DNA from: an uncultured Candidatus Saccharibacteria bacterium
Lineage (GTDB): Bacteria; Patescibacteriota; Doudnabacteria; UBA920; 2-01-FULL-46-14
Assembly: GCA_964360335.1 (NCBI GenBank)
Contig: CAYHVH010000001.1
Coordinates: 23,426 to 87,425 of the forward strand
DNA: 64,000 bases
Reading direction: 5' to 3'
Below the pieces are notes generated by a model. The model searched no databases and was not told the DNA's origin. It was given only the letters and a program-made list of their open reading frames with translations. The position numbers were made by a program, and so were the translations under genes. Positions 37,782 to 46,212 of the stretch are shown piece by piece. The number at the start of each line of letters is the position of its first letter. The first letter of the stretch is position 1.

Positions 37782-38768
37782 CTAGCGGGTTACGCTAAGC
37801 TTTGCGGTTTCGCTAAAACCAGCGCCTTTGGTCTCAAAACCAAAAATTTTTATCTCGTATTCGCCCGGCTCTTTGGGCGCCGAGAACCGAAACTGAAAAG
37901 GCGCGCTCCGGTCCAAGAGGTCTAAGTTTGGCATCACGAGCTTGACGCTCACAAGTTCAATGCCCGCTACCGGCCGGACCTCCAGAGTTACTTCCTCGGT
38001 GGGGTAAAACGGCTTTTTGCTTAGGTCGGTAACCAGCAAGACACCGCCGGCCGGCCGGCTGCTGAGCCCCTTGATAAGTGAATCTTGGCTGATGATGAGG
38101 TCGGCCGGCAGCCGGTTTTCCGAAGACACAACCTGGAGGCCTTGCTTCAGAGTTCCGAGGTTCGTTTCCAACAAAAAGGACAGCGAATAGTGCAAGGCCG
38201 GCTCGCCCAAAGGAGTATAGAGGTAGGGCTCATTGGTTTTGGGATCACGGGGGAGGGCAACCAGCAATTCCTGATCTACGAGTGTGGTCAGGCTTTGGGG
38301 GTAGAATTTATTAGTTTCATAGTAACTCTCCAGGGCAGTTTGGAGATTTTGGACAGCAACGATTCTTTGCCGGTCGCGGATCCCTTCCGGTTGTTCCTGG
38401 GCCGGAGTTTGATTTTGGGTTGCGTTCGCAGGCGGCTTTAGAGTTTGGGTGGCCGCCGGCGGCAAGTCATTCTTTTTTTGGAAGAATTTTTGGTAGGTAA
38501 GGAGCCCGCCATAACCAAGGATAGGAAGAGCGATTAAAATTACCAAAACCGTAATTAAGGGTTTGCCATATTTGCCCAAAAAGCCGCCGGCTTTTGGCAG
38601 ATTCCCCGTGAGTGCTTCCTCTGGGGCGAGCATCTCGACTTCGAAAATTGCTTGCTCAATTTCCGTTTCCTGCCAGCCAGCCGCCCGCAAGGCCTGCCGG
38701 ATTTGCTCTTCCGGAAAACCCGCGGCCAAGTTTTGTTTGATGTATTTAAGGAGTATTTGCTCGGGCAT
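37782..38768 (-). CDS. Membrane-anchored protein with GspG/pilin-like globular segment
   Basis: One TM; RD.QR....NLQTALE.YY...YP.SL...PRDP...Y.Y pattern. Confidence 0.65.
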   Translation of the reverse strand: MPEQILLKYIKQNLAAGFPEEQIRQALRAAGWQETEIEQAIFEVEMLAPEEALTGNLPKAGGFLGKYGKPLITVLVILIALPILGYGGLLTYQKFFQKKNDLPPAATQTLKPPANATQNQTPAQEQPEGIRDRQRIVAVQNLQTALESYYETNKFYPQSLTTLVDQELLVALPRDPKTNEPYLYTPLGEPALHYSLSFLLETNLGTLKQGLQVVSSENRLPADLIISQDSLIKGLSSRPAGGVLLVTDLSKKPFYPTEEVTLEVRPVAGIELVSVKLVMPNLDLLDRSAPFQFRFSAPKEPGEYEIKIFGFETKGAGFSETAKLSVTR

Positions 38769-38786
38769 ATTGGGAAGCGCTTAGCT

Positions 38787-38862
38787 TGGTGGGCCAGGAT
38801 GGATTCGAACCATCGACCCCGGCTTTATAAGAGCCGTGCTCTAACCGCTGAGCTACTGGCCC
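38787..38862 (-). tRNA. tRNA-Ile (anticodon UAU)
   Basis: GGGCCAGTAGCTCAG..CGGCT-CTTATAA-AGCCG..GGTTCGAATCC..CTGGCCCACCA, 76 nt. Confidence 0.92.
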
Positions 38863-38883
38863 TGGCTTATTTTACCATAAACT

Positions 38884-41391
38884 TCAAACAATTGCGGCAG
38901 AGGCCACACTATCGCCTGGCTCCAGTTTGATGACCCTCACCCCTTGGGTTGCCCGGCCTAAGGTCGAGACTGGCCCTAGGGCGGTGCGCAAAGTCTGGCC
39001 GGTTTTGGAGATGACTACCAGATCGGCTTCTTTGGCGCGGCTGACAATATGCATTACCATGATTCGCCCGGTTTTTTTGGTAAGGTTCATGGTTTTGATC
39101 CCGGAACCGCCTCGGTGCTGGATTTTGTATTCCTGTAGCGGTGTTTTTTTACCTAAGCCCAGTTCCGAGATGACCAGCACCTGGAGATTTTTGGACTCCT
39201 GCCGCTTCTCAATCACATCCAGACTCATTACTTCATCGTTTTTCTTTAAGCGAATGCCCCGCACGCCGCTGGCCGCCCGGCCCATGGGTCGGACGTCAGT
39301 CTCTCTGAACCGGATGGCTTGCCCCCCGCCGGTAGTAATCATAATTTCGTCCGTTCCCGAGGTGAGCATGACCCATTTTAGTTCGTCGTCTTTCCGAAGT
39401 TTGATAGCAATTAGCCCAGAGCGACGGACCTTGACAAACTCTGCCACCGTGGTTTTCTTCACGGTGCCAAATCTGGTACCCATGAGGAGGTATTTGTATT
39501 TGGTTCGCTCGCCTTTACCGAAAGTCAGCACCGCGGTGGCGGCTTCCTGTGGACCTAACTCCAGAAAATTCACCAGGGCTTGCCCCTTGGCGATGCGCGA
39601 GGCCTCGGGGAGTTCGTAAACCTTGGTCTGAAACACCCGGCCCCGGTTGGTGAAAAACAGGATGTCGTCATGGGTCTCGGCAGAAAGCAATTTGTTAACC
39701 ACATCCTGTTCTTTGGTGGTAATGCCGATCACGCCTTTTCCGCCGCGCCCCTGCTTGCGGTAGGTGTCGGGCGGCAGACGTTTGACGTACCCGGACTTGG
39801 TCACGACGATAATCGCTTCCTCGTTGGCAATCAAATCTTCCACCTTGAATTCCCCGACCGCCTGTTTAATCATCTGGGTGCGGCGTAAATCTCCGTATTT
39901 TTCTTTGAGTTCCGCCAGTTCCCGTTTGATGACGGCGTCGATTTTTTTGGGCGAGCGCAAAAGTTCTTCTAGTTCTTTGACGAGCACGCGTTTTTCTTTG
40001 AGTTCCTCCTCGACTCTCCGGCGTTCCAGCCCGGCTAAAGCCTGAAGTTTCATTTCCAAAATGGCGGTGGCTTGTTTTTCCGACAGCTTGAACTTTTTTT
40101 GCAGCTCCCGGTGGGCCTGCTCTTTGGTATCGGCTTGTTTGATGGTTTTGATAACCGCATCGATGTGATCCAGGGCAATCTTTAGCCCTTCCAGGATGTG
40201 GGCCCGGTCCTCGGCTTTGGTGAGGTCAAATTGGGTGCGGCGGGTGACGACCTTGCGGCGGTGGGCGATATAAGCTTCCAGAATCATCTTCAGGTTTAAA
40301 ATCCGCGGCTCAATGCCGTCTACCAAGGCGAGCATGTTGAGGTGGAAGGTGTCCTGCAGCTGGGTATATTTGAAGAGCTGGTTTAAGACCTTATTCGACA
40401 GGGCGTCTTTTTTGAGTTCCACGACGATGCGTACCCCCTCTTTGTCGGATTCGTCCCGTAAGTTTTTAACCCCCTCAATTTTTTTATCCCGGATGAGTTC
40501 CGCAAACTTTTCCAAAAGTGAGGCCTTGTTGACTCGATAGGGGATTTCCGTGATTAAAATTTGATAAGCGCCGTCCCGACTCTCCACAATTTCGGTTTTG
40601 GCCCGCACCGTGACGCTGCCTTTGCCGGTGGCATAGGCGCTTTGGATGGCGTTCCAGTCGTAGATAATGCCGCCGGTCGGAAAGTCCGGGCCCAACACAA
40701 AATTCATCAGGTCCTCGCTGGTGAGCTTCGGGTCGTCAATCAGGGCGGCCGTGGCTTCCACAATTTCTTTGAGGTTGTGCGGCGGGATGTCGGTCGCCAT
40801 CCCCACCGCAATTCCCAAGGTGCCGTTCAGCAGGAGGTTGGGGAGTTTGGCTGGCAGTACTGTCGGTTCCTTTTTGGTGGCATCGTAGTTGTCCATCCAG
40901 TCAACCGTGTTTTTTTCAAGGTCGGCGAGGAGTTCCAAAGACAGAGGAGCCAGCCGGCATTCCGAATAGCGCATGGCCGCCGGTGCATCCCCGTCCAGAG
41001 AACCAAAGTTACCCTGCCCGTCCACTAGGGGATAGCGCATTGCAAAGTCCTGGGCCAGTCTGACGAGCGAATCGTAGACTGCCACGTCTCCGTGCGGGTG
41101 ATATTTTCCCAAAACTTCCCCGACCACGGTGGCTGATTTGCGGTAGCGACCGCCGGCGTTTAGGCCGAGTTCGCTCATGGCAAAGAGCACGCGCCGGTGC
41201 ACGGGTTTCAAGCCGTCGCGCACATCGGGTAGCGCGCGCGACACAATTACGCTCATCGCGTAGTCCAGGTAGGACTCCCTCATTTCTTCTTCAATTACCC
41301 GCGGTTTGACATAGCCAATTTCCCGACCCGTGGGGGGATTGTCGGCAGGCGGGGATTGACCGGTGGATTTTTTTAGCTTCGGTTTTTTCAT
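38884..41391 (-). CDS. gyrA: DNA gyrase subunit A
   Basis: [27 protein letters not shown], GyrA box QGRGGKG, pinwheel repeats. Confidence 0.98.
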   Translation of the reverse strand: MKKPKLKKSTGQSPPADNPPTGREIGYVKPRVIEEEMRESYLDYAMSVIVSRALPDVRDGLKPVHRRVLFAMSELGLNAGGRYRKSATVVGEVLGKYHPHGDVAVYDSLVRLAQDFAMRYPLVDGQGNFGSLDGDAPAAMRYSECRLAPLSLELLADLEKNTVDWMDNYDATKKEPTVLPAKLPNLLLNGTLGIAVGMATDIPPHNLKEIVEATAALIDDPKLTSEDLMNFVLGPDFPTGGIIYDWNAIQSAYATGKGSVTVRAKTEIVESRDGAYQILITEIPYRVNKASLLEKFAELIRDKKIEGVKNLRDESDKEGVRIVVELKKDALSNKVLNQLFKYTQLQDTFHLNMLALVDGIEPRILNLKMILEAYIAHRRKVVTRRTQFDLTKAEDRAHILEGLKIALDHIDAVIKTIKQADTKEQAHRELQKKFKLSEKQATAILEMKLQALAGLERRRVEEELKEKRVLVKELEELLRSPKKIDAVIKRELAELKEKYGDLRRTQMIKQAVGEFKVEDLIANEEAIIVVTKSGYVKRLPPDTYRKQGRGGKGVIGITTKEQDVVNKLLSAETHDDILFFTNRGRVFQTKVYELPEASRIAKGQALVNFLELGPQEAATAVLTFGKGERTKYKYLLMGTRFGTVKKTTVAEFVKVRRSGLIAIKLRKDDELKWVMLTSGTDEIMITTGGGQAIRFRETDVRPMGRAASGVRGIRLKKNDEVMSLDVIEKRQESKNLQVLVISELGLGKKTPLQEYKIQHRGGSGIKTMNLTKKTGRIMVMHIVSRAKEADLVVISKTGQTLRTALGPVSTLGRATQGVRVIKLEPGDSVASAAIV

Positions 41392-41398
41392 AAACTAC

Positions 41399-41629
41399 CT
41401 AAGGCTGGGTCTGCTGCGGAATGATATTTTTCAGATTTTTTAAATTTTCCCAGACCGGCGCCAGTTTGTTTGGCTCACTGGCGGCTGGGGGTTTGCGAAA
41501 CTGGAGAGTCAAAATCCAAAACCCGAGGAGGAGAATTGCGGCGGTAATGGCCACTCGGCGCAAAAGTTTAAGCTTTTCCTCATAGGGTCGGTTTTGCAGC
41601 GCGATCAGTTTTTTACGCAGCCAGTTCAT
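41399..41629 (-). CDS. Small single-TM hypothetical protein
   Basis: ORF tightly packed in operon before gyrA. Confidence 0.65.
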   Translation of the reverse strand: MNWLRKKLIALQNRPYEEKLKLLRRVAITAAILLLGFWILTLQFRKPPAASEPNKLAPVWENLKNLKNIIPQQTQP

Positions 41630-41635
41630 CTCAAA

Positions 41636-42295
41636 TCAGCGTTGCGGCGAAAGGACGACCACCTGGGTGGTTTCGCCAAGCTCCTGGAGGTTTGATTTTT
41701 TCAAAGTCAATTTTTCCTGCGCCGTTTCTTTGGCGGAGCCGATTTCTTTTAAGAAGTGTTCGACCTTGTCCTGGGGCAGGAGCAGGCCTTTTTGCGCGTA
41801 ATGCAAGGGGATGACGAGGTGAGGTTCGATCTGGTTAACGATCGTGACTGCTTCTTCGGCATCACAAACGGTTTTGCCCCCCACGGGGATGAGCAGGATG
41901 TCTATCTCGCCGAGTTCTTCAAGTTGCGAATCAGTCAGCTCCTTTTGTTTAAGGCTTCCCAAGAATCCCAGACGGATATCTTCCATCCGTACCGCGTAAA
42001 TCGTGGTAAAATCAAAGCCATTATCGTTATGTTTGGGATCGCCGGTCGCCGCCACGCCGTGGATAAACAAGCCCCTGACGTCCAATTCTCCCGGCCCGTC
42101 CGCAACAAAAATTTTATCTCCGCCGAGAGACGTCAGGTTGTTGTAGGCCGGGTTTTTAATATTGGAAACCACTGCGATATCGGTCTGCATCCGGGGGGGA
42201 GTGAGGCCTACGCTTTTGGAAAAAGGATCGGTGACGACGGTCAGATTGCCGGACGAGATTTTGCAGCAGGAAAGGCCAAACCAAGTGATTACCAT
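41636..42295 (-). CDS. Metallo-beta-lactamase-fold protein lacking HxHxDH
   Basis: ITWFG.SC, DPF, GPGE.DV.G, DILLIPVGG, IP.HY. Confidence 0.8.
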   Translation of the reverse strand: MVITWFGLSCCKISSGNLTVVTDPFSKSVGLTPPRMQTDIAVVSNIKNPAYNNLTSLGGDKIFVADGPGELDVRGLFIHGVAATGDPKHNDNGFDFTTIYAVRMEDIRLGFLGSLKQKELTDSQLEELGEIDILLIPVGGKTVCDAEEAVTIVNQIEPHLVIPLHYAQKGLLLPQDKVEHFLKEIGSAKETAQEKLTLKKSNLQELGETTQVVVLSPQR

Positions 42296-42462
42296 AGGAT
42301 AATTATATCGCAAGACTTGATTTTTTTCCAGGTGTTTGCTAGGCTAAGCTGGCCAGAAAAATCAAAGATTCCGGACGAGCTTTTAAGCCACAATTTGAAG
42401 TTTTAACCCTTAACCCTTGTTTTAGGCAGTTTGCGGATACCATCAGGGTATCCGTTTAAAAT

Positions 42463-43632
42463 ATGAGCGAGACTTTGCAATCCATGAACGATTTGCTGGC
42501 CGCCACCGCGGCTGGTAAGCTCCGGATTTTACAGGAAGGCGACGTGATCAAAGGCCGCATTTTGAGCGTGGGTAAAAACGAGGTTTATGTGGATGTCGAA
42601 GGAGTCGGCATCGGCGTGGTGCGGGGCCGGGAGCTGTATGACGATGAACAAATTCTCTCCTCGCTGCAAGCCGGTAGTGAGGTTTACGCTTCGGTCATTG
42701 ATATTGAAAACAAAGAAGGCAATATCGAACTGTCATTCCGCAAAGCCGGCCAGGAACGGGTCTGGCAGGCGCTTCGGGAGAAGCTTTTGAATAAAGAAGT
42801 GGTCACGACCAAGATTTTAGAGGCGAATAAGGGCGGCCTGATGGTAAAAATCAACAACGTCCTCGGTTTTTTGCCGGTTTCCCAGCTAGCACCTTCGCAC
42901 TATCCCCGGGTGGAGGATGGGGACAAAAATAAAATTTTAAGCGTTTTGCGCAGCTTCGTCGGGCAAGATTTTCCGGTCCGGATTATTACGGCCGAGCCGC
43001 AGGGGGAAAAGTTGATTGTCTCGGAACGGGCGGTTATTGAGGAAGAGTTGCTGAAAAAGATCGGCAAGCTCACCGTCGGTTCAGTGGTGGAGGGAGCGGT
43101 CACGGGAGTCGTCGATTTCGGCGCGTTTGTGAAGTTTGATGACGAGCTGGAAGGCCTGGCTCATATTTCCGAGCTTGCGTGGCAGCGGATTGAGGATCCC
43201 AAAGACATCGTTAAAGTCGGGGATAAAGTCAAAGCGCAAATCATCGCCATTGAAAATGACCGGATCAGTCTCTCCCTGAAGCGGCTCCTCAAGGATCCGT
43301 GGGAAGATGCCGTAAAAAAGTACCAGATTGGGCAGGTCATTAAAGGCAAGGTTTTGAAACTTGCCCCCTTTGGCGCTTTTGTGGAGCTCGATCCGGACAT
43401 TCACGGGCTCGCCCACTTGGGGGAGCTCTCCGAGGAAAAAATTGCTGACCCGAGCGCCGTCTTGAAGGAAGGAGAAGAGCGAGAGTTCAAAATCATCTCC
43501 ATCGAGCCGCAGGAGCACCGCTTAGGCCTCTCGCTCAAGGCTTTAAAAAGCGGGGGCAAAACCCCGGAGTCGCCGGAGCCGGCAGCAGCCGAGGCCAGTC
43601 CCGCGCCGTCGTCAGCCGAAACACCGGTTTAG
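42463..43632 (+). CDS. rpsA: 30S ribosomal protein S1 (four S1 domains)
   Basis: NKGGL, GFLP.SQ, FGAFV..GL.HISEL, SLSLK repeats. Confidence 0.93.
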   Translation: MSETLQSMNDLLAATAAGKLRILQEGDVIKGRILSVGKNEVYVDVEGVGIGVVRGRELYDDEQILSSLQAGSEVYASVIDIENKEGNIELSFRKAGQERVWQALREKLLNKEVVTTKILEANKGGLMVKINNVLGFLPVSQLAPSHYPRVEDGDKNKILSVLRSFVGQDFPVRIITAEPQGEKLIVSERAVIEEELLKKIGKLTVGSVVEGAVTGVVDFGAFVKFDDELEGLAHISELAWQRIEDPKDIVKVGDKVKAQIIAIENDRISLSLKRLLKDPWEDAVKKYQIGQVIKGKVLKLAPFGAFVELDPDIHGLAHLGELSEEKIADPSAVLKEGEEREFKIISIEPQEHRLGLSLKALKSGGKTPESPEPAAAEASPAPSSAETPV

Positions 43633-43660
43633 GGTTTTAGTAACGAAATTTCGCGCGAGC

Positions 43661-43847
43661 TAATAAAGCTCCCCAGCCTGAAGGCTGGTATATTCCTTGA
43701 GCCTCTGGCTCTGCGGAATACGTCGCCGCATCGGCATTCGCCGATTCATTGCGGCTCCCGGAGCTGTGTTATCCCCTCCGCTTCGCTCCGGGCTTGGCTT
43801 CATCTCCGCGCTTGAAAGCGCGGAGTATTCGCCTAAGGGATAATAAA
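43661..43847. mobile_element. Non-coding MITE-like element bounded by TAATAAA direct repeats
   Basis: TAATAAA at 43661 and 43841; subterminal hairpins CCAGCCTGAAGGCTGG and CTCCGCGCTTGAAAGCGCGGAG. Confidence 0.55.
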
Positions 43848-43894
43848 AAAGCCCGAGAAGGGGTTTTCCGTTGCCGCCCTGCCTTCTCCGGGAT

Positions 43895-44560
43895 TTAGAG
43901 GATACGAATGCGAATGATTACCGCTAACGATATTATTATTCCAATGACCAGAAAAGCAATCAGAGCGAAGTACCAAAATCGCGCCCGAGCTTGGCTGACC
44001 ACCACGTATTTCTTTTCCACCTCCTCGATGAGTTTGGGAATTTCGGTTTCCTCAGTCAGAGACGGACGAGGTTTGATCGGCTCCAGTGGATTGGTAAGAG
44101 ATTTGAGGATGTCGTATTTGGAAACCACCCCGACTAAGGTTTTAAAGTCATCAACTACCGGCAGCAGATCTTCATGGCGAAGTAAAAAGGCCTCTGCCGC
44201 TTTTTCCAAGCTGGTATTGGATACCAGGTACAGCGGCTCGCGGTTCATCACGTCGGAGGCTTTGAGTTTGTACAGGGCTTTGAGTTTTTTGTCTACCGTC
44301 GTGAGGTCTTCTCCGTGGATCATGTGGAGATTAGCCAGCAGATTGATCGCGGTCGGCAAATAGATGCCTTTGGAATCCAGGAGTTCTTTCATGGTAATCA
44401 TTCCCCGTAATTTGCCATCTTTGTCCACTACCGGCACGCCGTTAAAATTTTTCTCGAGCATAGCCTTGGCCACGTCCAAAACATTGTCCTCGGCCTGGGC
44501 CGCCAGGATTTTCGTGGTCATAATCTCTTTGACTTGGATTTCCGAGAGACCTTTGGGCAT
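43895..44560 (-). CDS. CBS-pair protein with C-terminal TM helix
   Basis: VKEIMT, GVPVVD..G.L.G.IT, ASDVM, LPVVD...LVGVVS..DIL. Confidence 0.88.
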   Translation of the reverse strand: MPKGLSEIQVKEIMTTKILAAQAEDNVLDVAKAMLEKNFNGVPVVDKDGKLRGMITMKELLDSKGIYLPTAINLLANLHMIHGEDLTTVDKKLKALYKLKASDVMNREPLYLVSNTSLEKAAEAFLLRHEDLLPVVDDFKTLVGVVSKYDILKSLTNPLEPIKPRPSLTEETEIPKLIEEVEKKYVVVSQARARFWYFALIAFLVIGIIISLAVIIRIRIL

Positions 44561-44581
44561 TGCTAAGCACATTATATAGTG

Positions 44582-44610
44582 TTGCCCTCACCACCCGCAA
44601 ACTTTATAAT
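44582..44610 (+). promoter_or_regulatory. Sigma70 promoter of the ncRNA/tRNA cluster
   Basis: TTGCCC-17-TATAAT. Confidence 0.65.
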
Positions 44611-44619
44611 TATCCTGCT

Positions 44620-44865
44620 GGCCTGGTAGCTCGTACCTTCGGTAGATGCCCCGCAGGGGCACAAGTGGCCCCGAAGAACAGCATAGCTCTGTCTACGGGG
44701 TAAATAAGGGAGCGGTCTGCTGCCCGCCACAGCCTGAGGCGTGATGGCCGAGTAGTTAGGCAGAGGTCTGCAAAACCTCTCACACGGGTGCAAATCCCGT
44801 TCACGCCTGAGGCGATGGCAGGCGGGCAAAACCGCTTGACAACAGGTGCGATTCCCGTCCGGCCT
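44620..44865 (+). ncRNA. Putative structured RNA enclosing tRNA-Cys
   Basis: Long-range stems AGCGGT/ACCGCT, TGCCCGCC/GGCGGGCA flank the tRNA; ends GGCC(T)GG/CCGGCC; three 5' hairpins; T-loop-like GGTGCGATTCC. Confidence 0.55.
44738..44808 (+). tRNA. tRNA-Cys (GCA)
   Basis: GGCGTGA..AGAGGT-CTGCAAA-ACCTCT..GGTGCAAATCC..TCACGCC-T; no encoded CCA. Confidence 0.93.
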
Positions 44866-44878
44866 TTTAGTGGAACGA

Positions 44879-44966
44879 GCCGAGGTGGTGAAACCGGCAG
44901 ACACTAGGGACTTAAAATCCCTTGGGGGAATACCCCGTGCGGGTTCGAATCCCGCCCTCGGCACCA
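44879..44966 (+). tRNA. tRNA-Leu (UAA)
   Basis: GCCGAGG..AGGGA-CTTAAAA-TCCCT, long variable arm, GGTTCGAATCC..CCTCGGCACCA. Confidence 0.95.
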
Positions 44967-45053
44967 GATGAGAGTTCCCCAGAACCGGGTTTTTTTAGGA
45001 AATCCGTGACCCGAAAGGGATTGAGGATTTAGCCTCTGACGTATTATTTTTTT

Positions 45054-45383
45054 ATGTCAATTGCAATTACTTTTGAAGAATTTAAAAAATTAGACCTGCG
45101 TATCGCGCTTGTGGTTGAAGCGACTCCGGTGGAGGGCTCGGAAAAACTCGTAAAACTCAAAATCGACACCGGCGACGGCGAGCGGCTACTTGTGGCGGGC
45201 ATTGCGCAATATTATGCTCCCGAAGAATTGGTCGGCCGTCGCATTGTGCTGGTGGCAAACTTGGAACCGAAAATTTTCATGGGCGTTGAAAGCCAGGGGA
45301 TGTTGCTCGCGGCCGAAGGCCCCGAGGGGCCGGTGCTTTTAATGCCGGATCGCGAAGTTCCGCCCGGTTCCCGAATCCGCTAG
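45054..45383 (+). CDS. Stand-alone tRNA-binding OB-fold protein (MetRS C-terminal/Trbp111/CsaA-like)
   Basis: F.KLDLR, EKL.KL, AGIA..Y, NL.P...G.ESQGM.LA, PPG.RI. Confidence 0.9.
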   Translation: MSIAITFEEFKKLDLRIALVVEATPVEGSEKLVKLKIDTGDGERLLVAGIAQYYAPEELVGRRIVLVANLEPKIFMGVESQGMLLAAEGPEGPVLLMPDREVPPGSRIR

Positions 45384-45392
45384 GCGCCACAC

Positions 45393-45421
45393 TTGACGAA
45401 AAGTCCAAAATCAGGTAAGAT
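45393..45421 (+). promoter_or_regulatory. Sigma70 promoter for riboswitch-GGDEF unit
   Basis: TTGACG-17-TAAGAT. Confidence 0.7.
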
Positions 45422-45433
45422 AGAGTGCTAACT

Positions 45434-45559
45434 AAATAATGTGAGCTGTGAAGCGCGTCGAATTGGTCACCTTCCCGACTTGTCGGGATAAGACGCGTGG
45501 AGCTTTAGGGTGAAACCGGCACTCGTATTTTGCAGAGCAGGTTTCGCCACCTGTTTTTT
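45434..45559 (+). promoter_or_regulatory. c-di-GMP-II-like riboswitch with terminator/antiterminator
   Basis: AGC-TG-TGAAG-CGCGTC-GAATTGGTCACCT...GACGCG-TGGAGCT..GGGTGA-AA-CCGGC pseudoknot pattern; terminator CAGGT/ACCTG+T6. Confidence 0.8.
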
Positions 45560-45590
45560 AGTTAGCGCAACAACCAAACAGGAGGCGAAG

Positions 45591-46145
45591 ATGTGGTGGA
45601 AAAAACCGCGGTGGTTTTTCACAGGGTTATACTTGGTATTCGTTGAGGTCTTTATTCACGGCCGGGATGTCCGCGAGGGGTATTCTAAAGATATTCTGTC
45701 CGGACTTTATAATCAGCGGGCTATTCTAGAACTTGCAGTTCGAGCATTAGCGGATGCTAGGCGCGTCGGCAAATGGCTTGCGGTCGTGCACATTGATCTT
45801 GATCACTTCAAAGCCTACAATGACCAGTTTGGTCATTTACGGGGCAACGAAGTGATTCGGCAGTTTGGTCGAATCTTGACTTCTGGCTTGCGGCCGACGG
45901 ATTGGGCTGGCAGATTTGGCGGAGACGAATTTCTGCTGATTCTCCCCGGCGCCGATCCTTATGAGGCCAGCTGTGTAGTACAGAGGCTTAAGCAACTTGG
46001 TCCTCAAATTCCCTTCAGCTTTGGGGTACACAGTGAGCTTGTGATGCGAGGAAGCCAAGTCACGCTCGAGCATTTTATCGAGCGGGCAGACCAAGAAATG
46101 TACGCTCATAAACGGTCCAAGCAACAATTCGCAGTCCAAGTGTAA
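45591..46145 (+). CDS. Diguanylate cyclase (GGDEF domain)
   Basis: DLDHFK.YND.FGH, RxxD I-site (RPTD) five residues before GGDEF, ADQEMY..K; SD AGGAGG puts start at ATG 45591. Confidence 0.92.
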   Translation: MWWKKPRWFFTGLYLVFVEVFIHGRDVREGYSKDILSGLYNQRAILELAVRALADARRVGKWLAVVHIDLDHFKAYNDQFGHLRGNEVIRQFGRILTSGLRPTDWAGRFGGDEFLLILPGADPYEASCVVQRLKQLGPQIPFSFGVHSELVMRGSQVTLEHFIERADQEMYAHKRSKQQFAVQV

Positions 46146-46154
46146 GTGGTCTTC

Positions 46155-46194
46155 CGGCCGGAAAGGTGCAAACCTTTCCGGCCGCGTTTTTTTT
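46155..46194 (+). terminator. Intrinsic terminator
   Basis: CGGCCGGAAAGGT-GCAA-ACCTTTCCGGCCG followed by T-run. Confidence 0.88.
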
Positions 46195-46212
46195 CGATAT
46201 AATTGCAATACT

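Noticed and set aside
41320-41370. GyrA N-terminal extension ([14 protein letters not shown]) as another repeat insertion
   Set aside because: Only weak similarity to the modules and no clear palindrome
42330-42462. rpsA leader as a novel regulatory RNA
   Set aside because: One clear hairpin (GCGGATAC/GTATCCGT) only; compatible with ordinary S1 leader, cannot be supported further
44620-44865. tmRNA, RNase P RNA, SRP RNA or tRNA-Gly
   Set aside because: No G3-U70/ACCA end, no GAGGAAAGTCC, no SRP GGAA/AGCAG domain IV motif, no anticodon arm outside the embedded tRNA-Cys
44572-44964. 130-aa minus-strand ORF
   Set aside because: Antisense translation of tRNA-Leu/tRNA-Cys region
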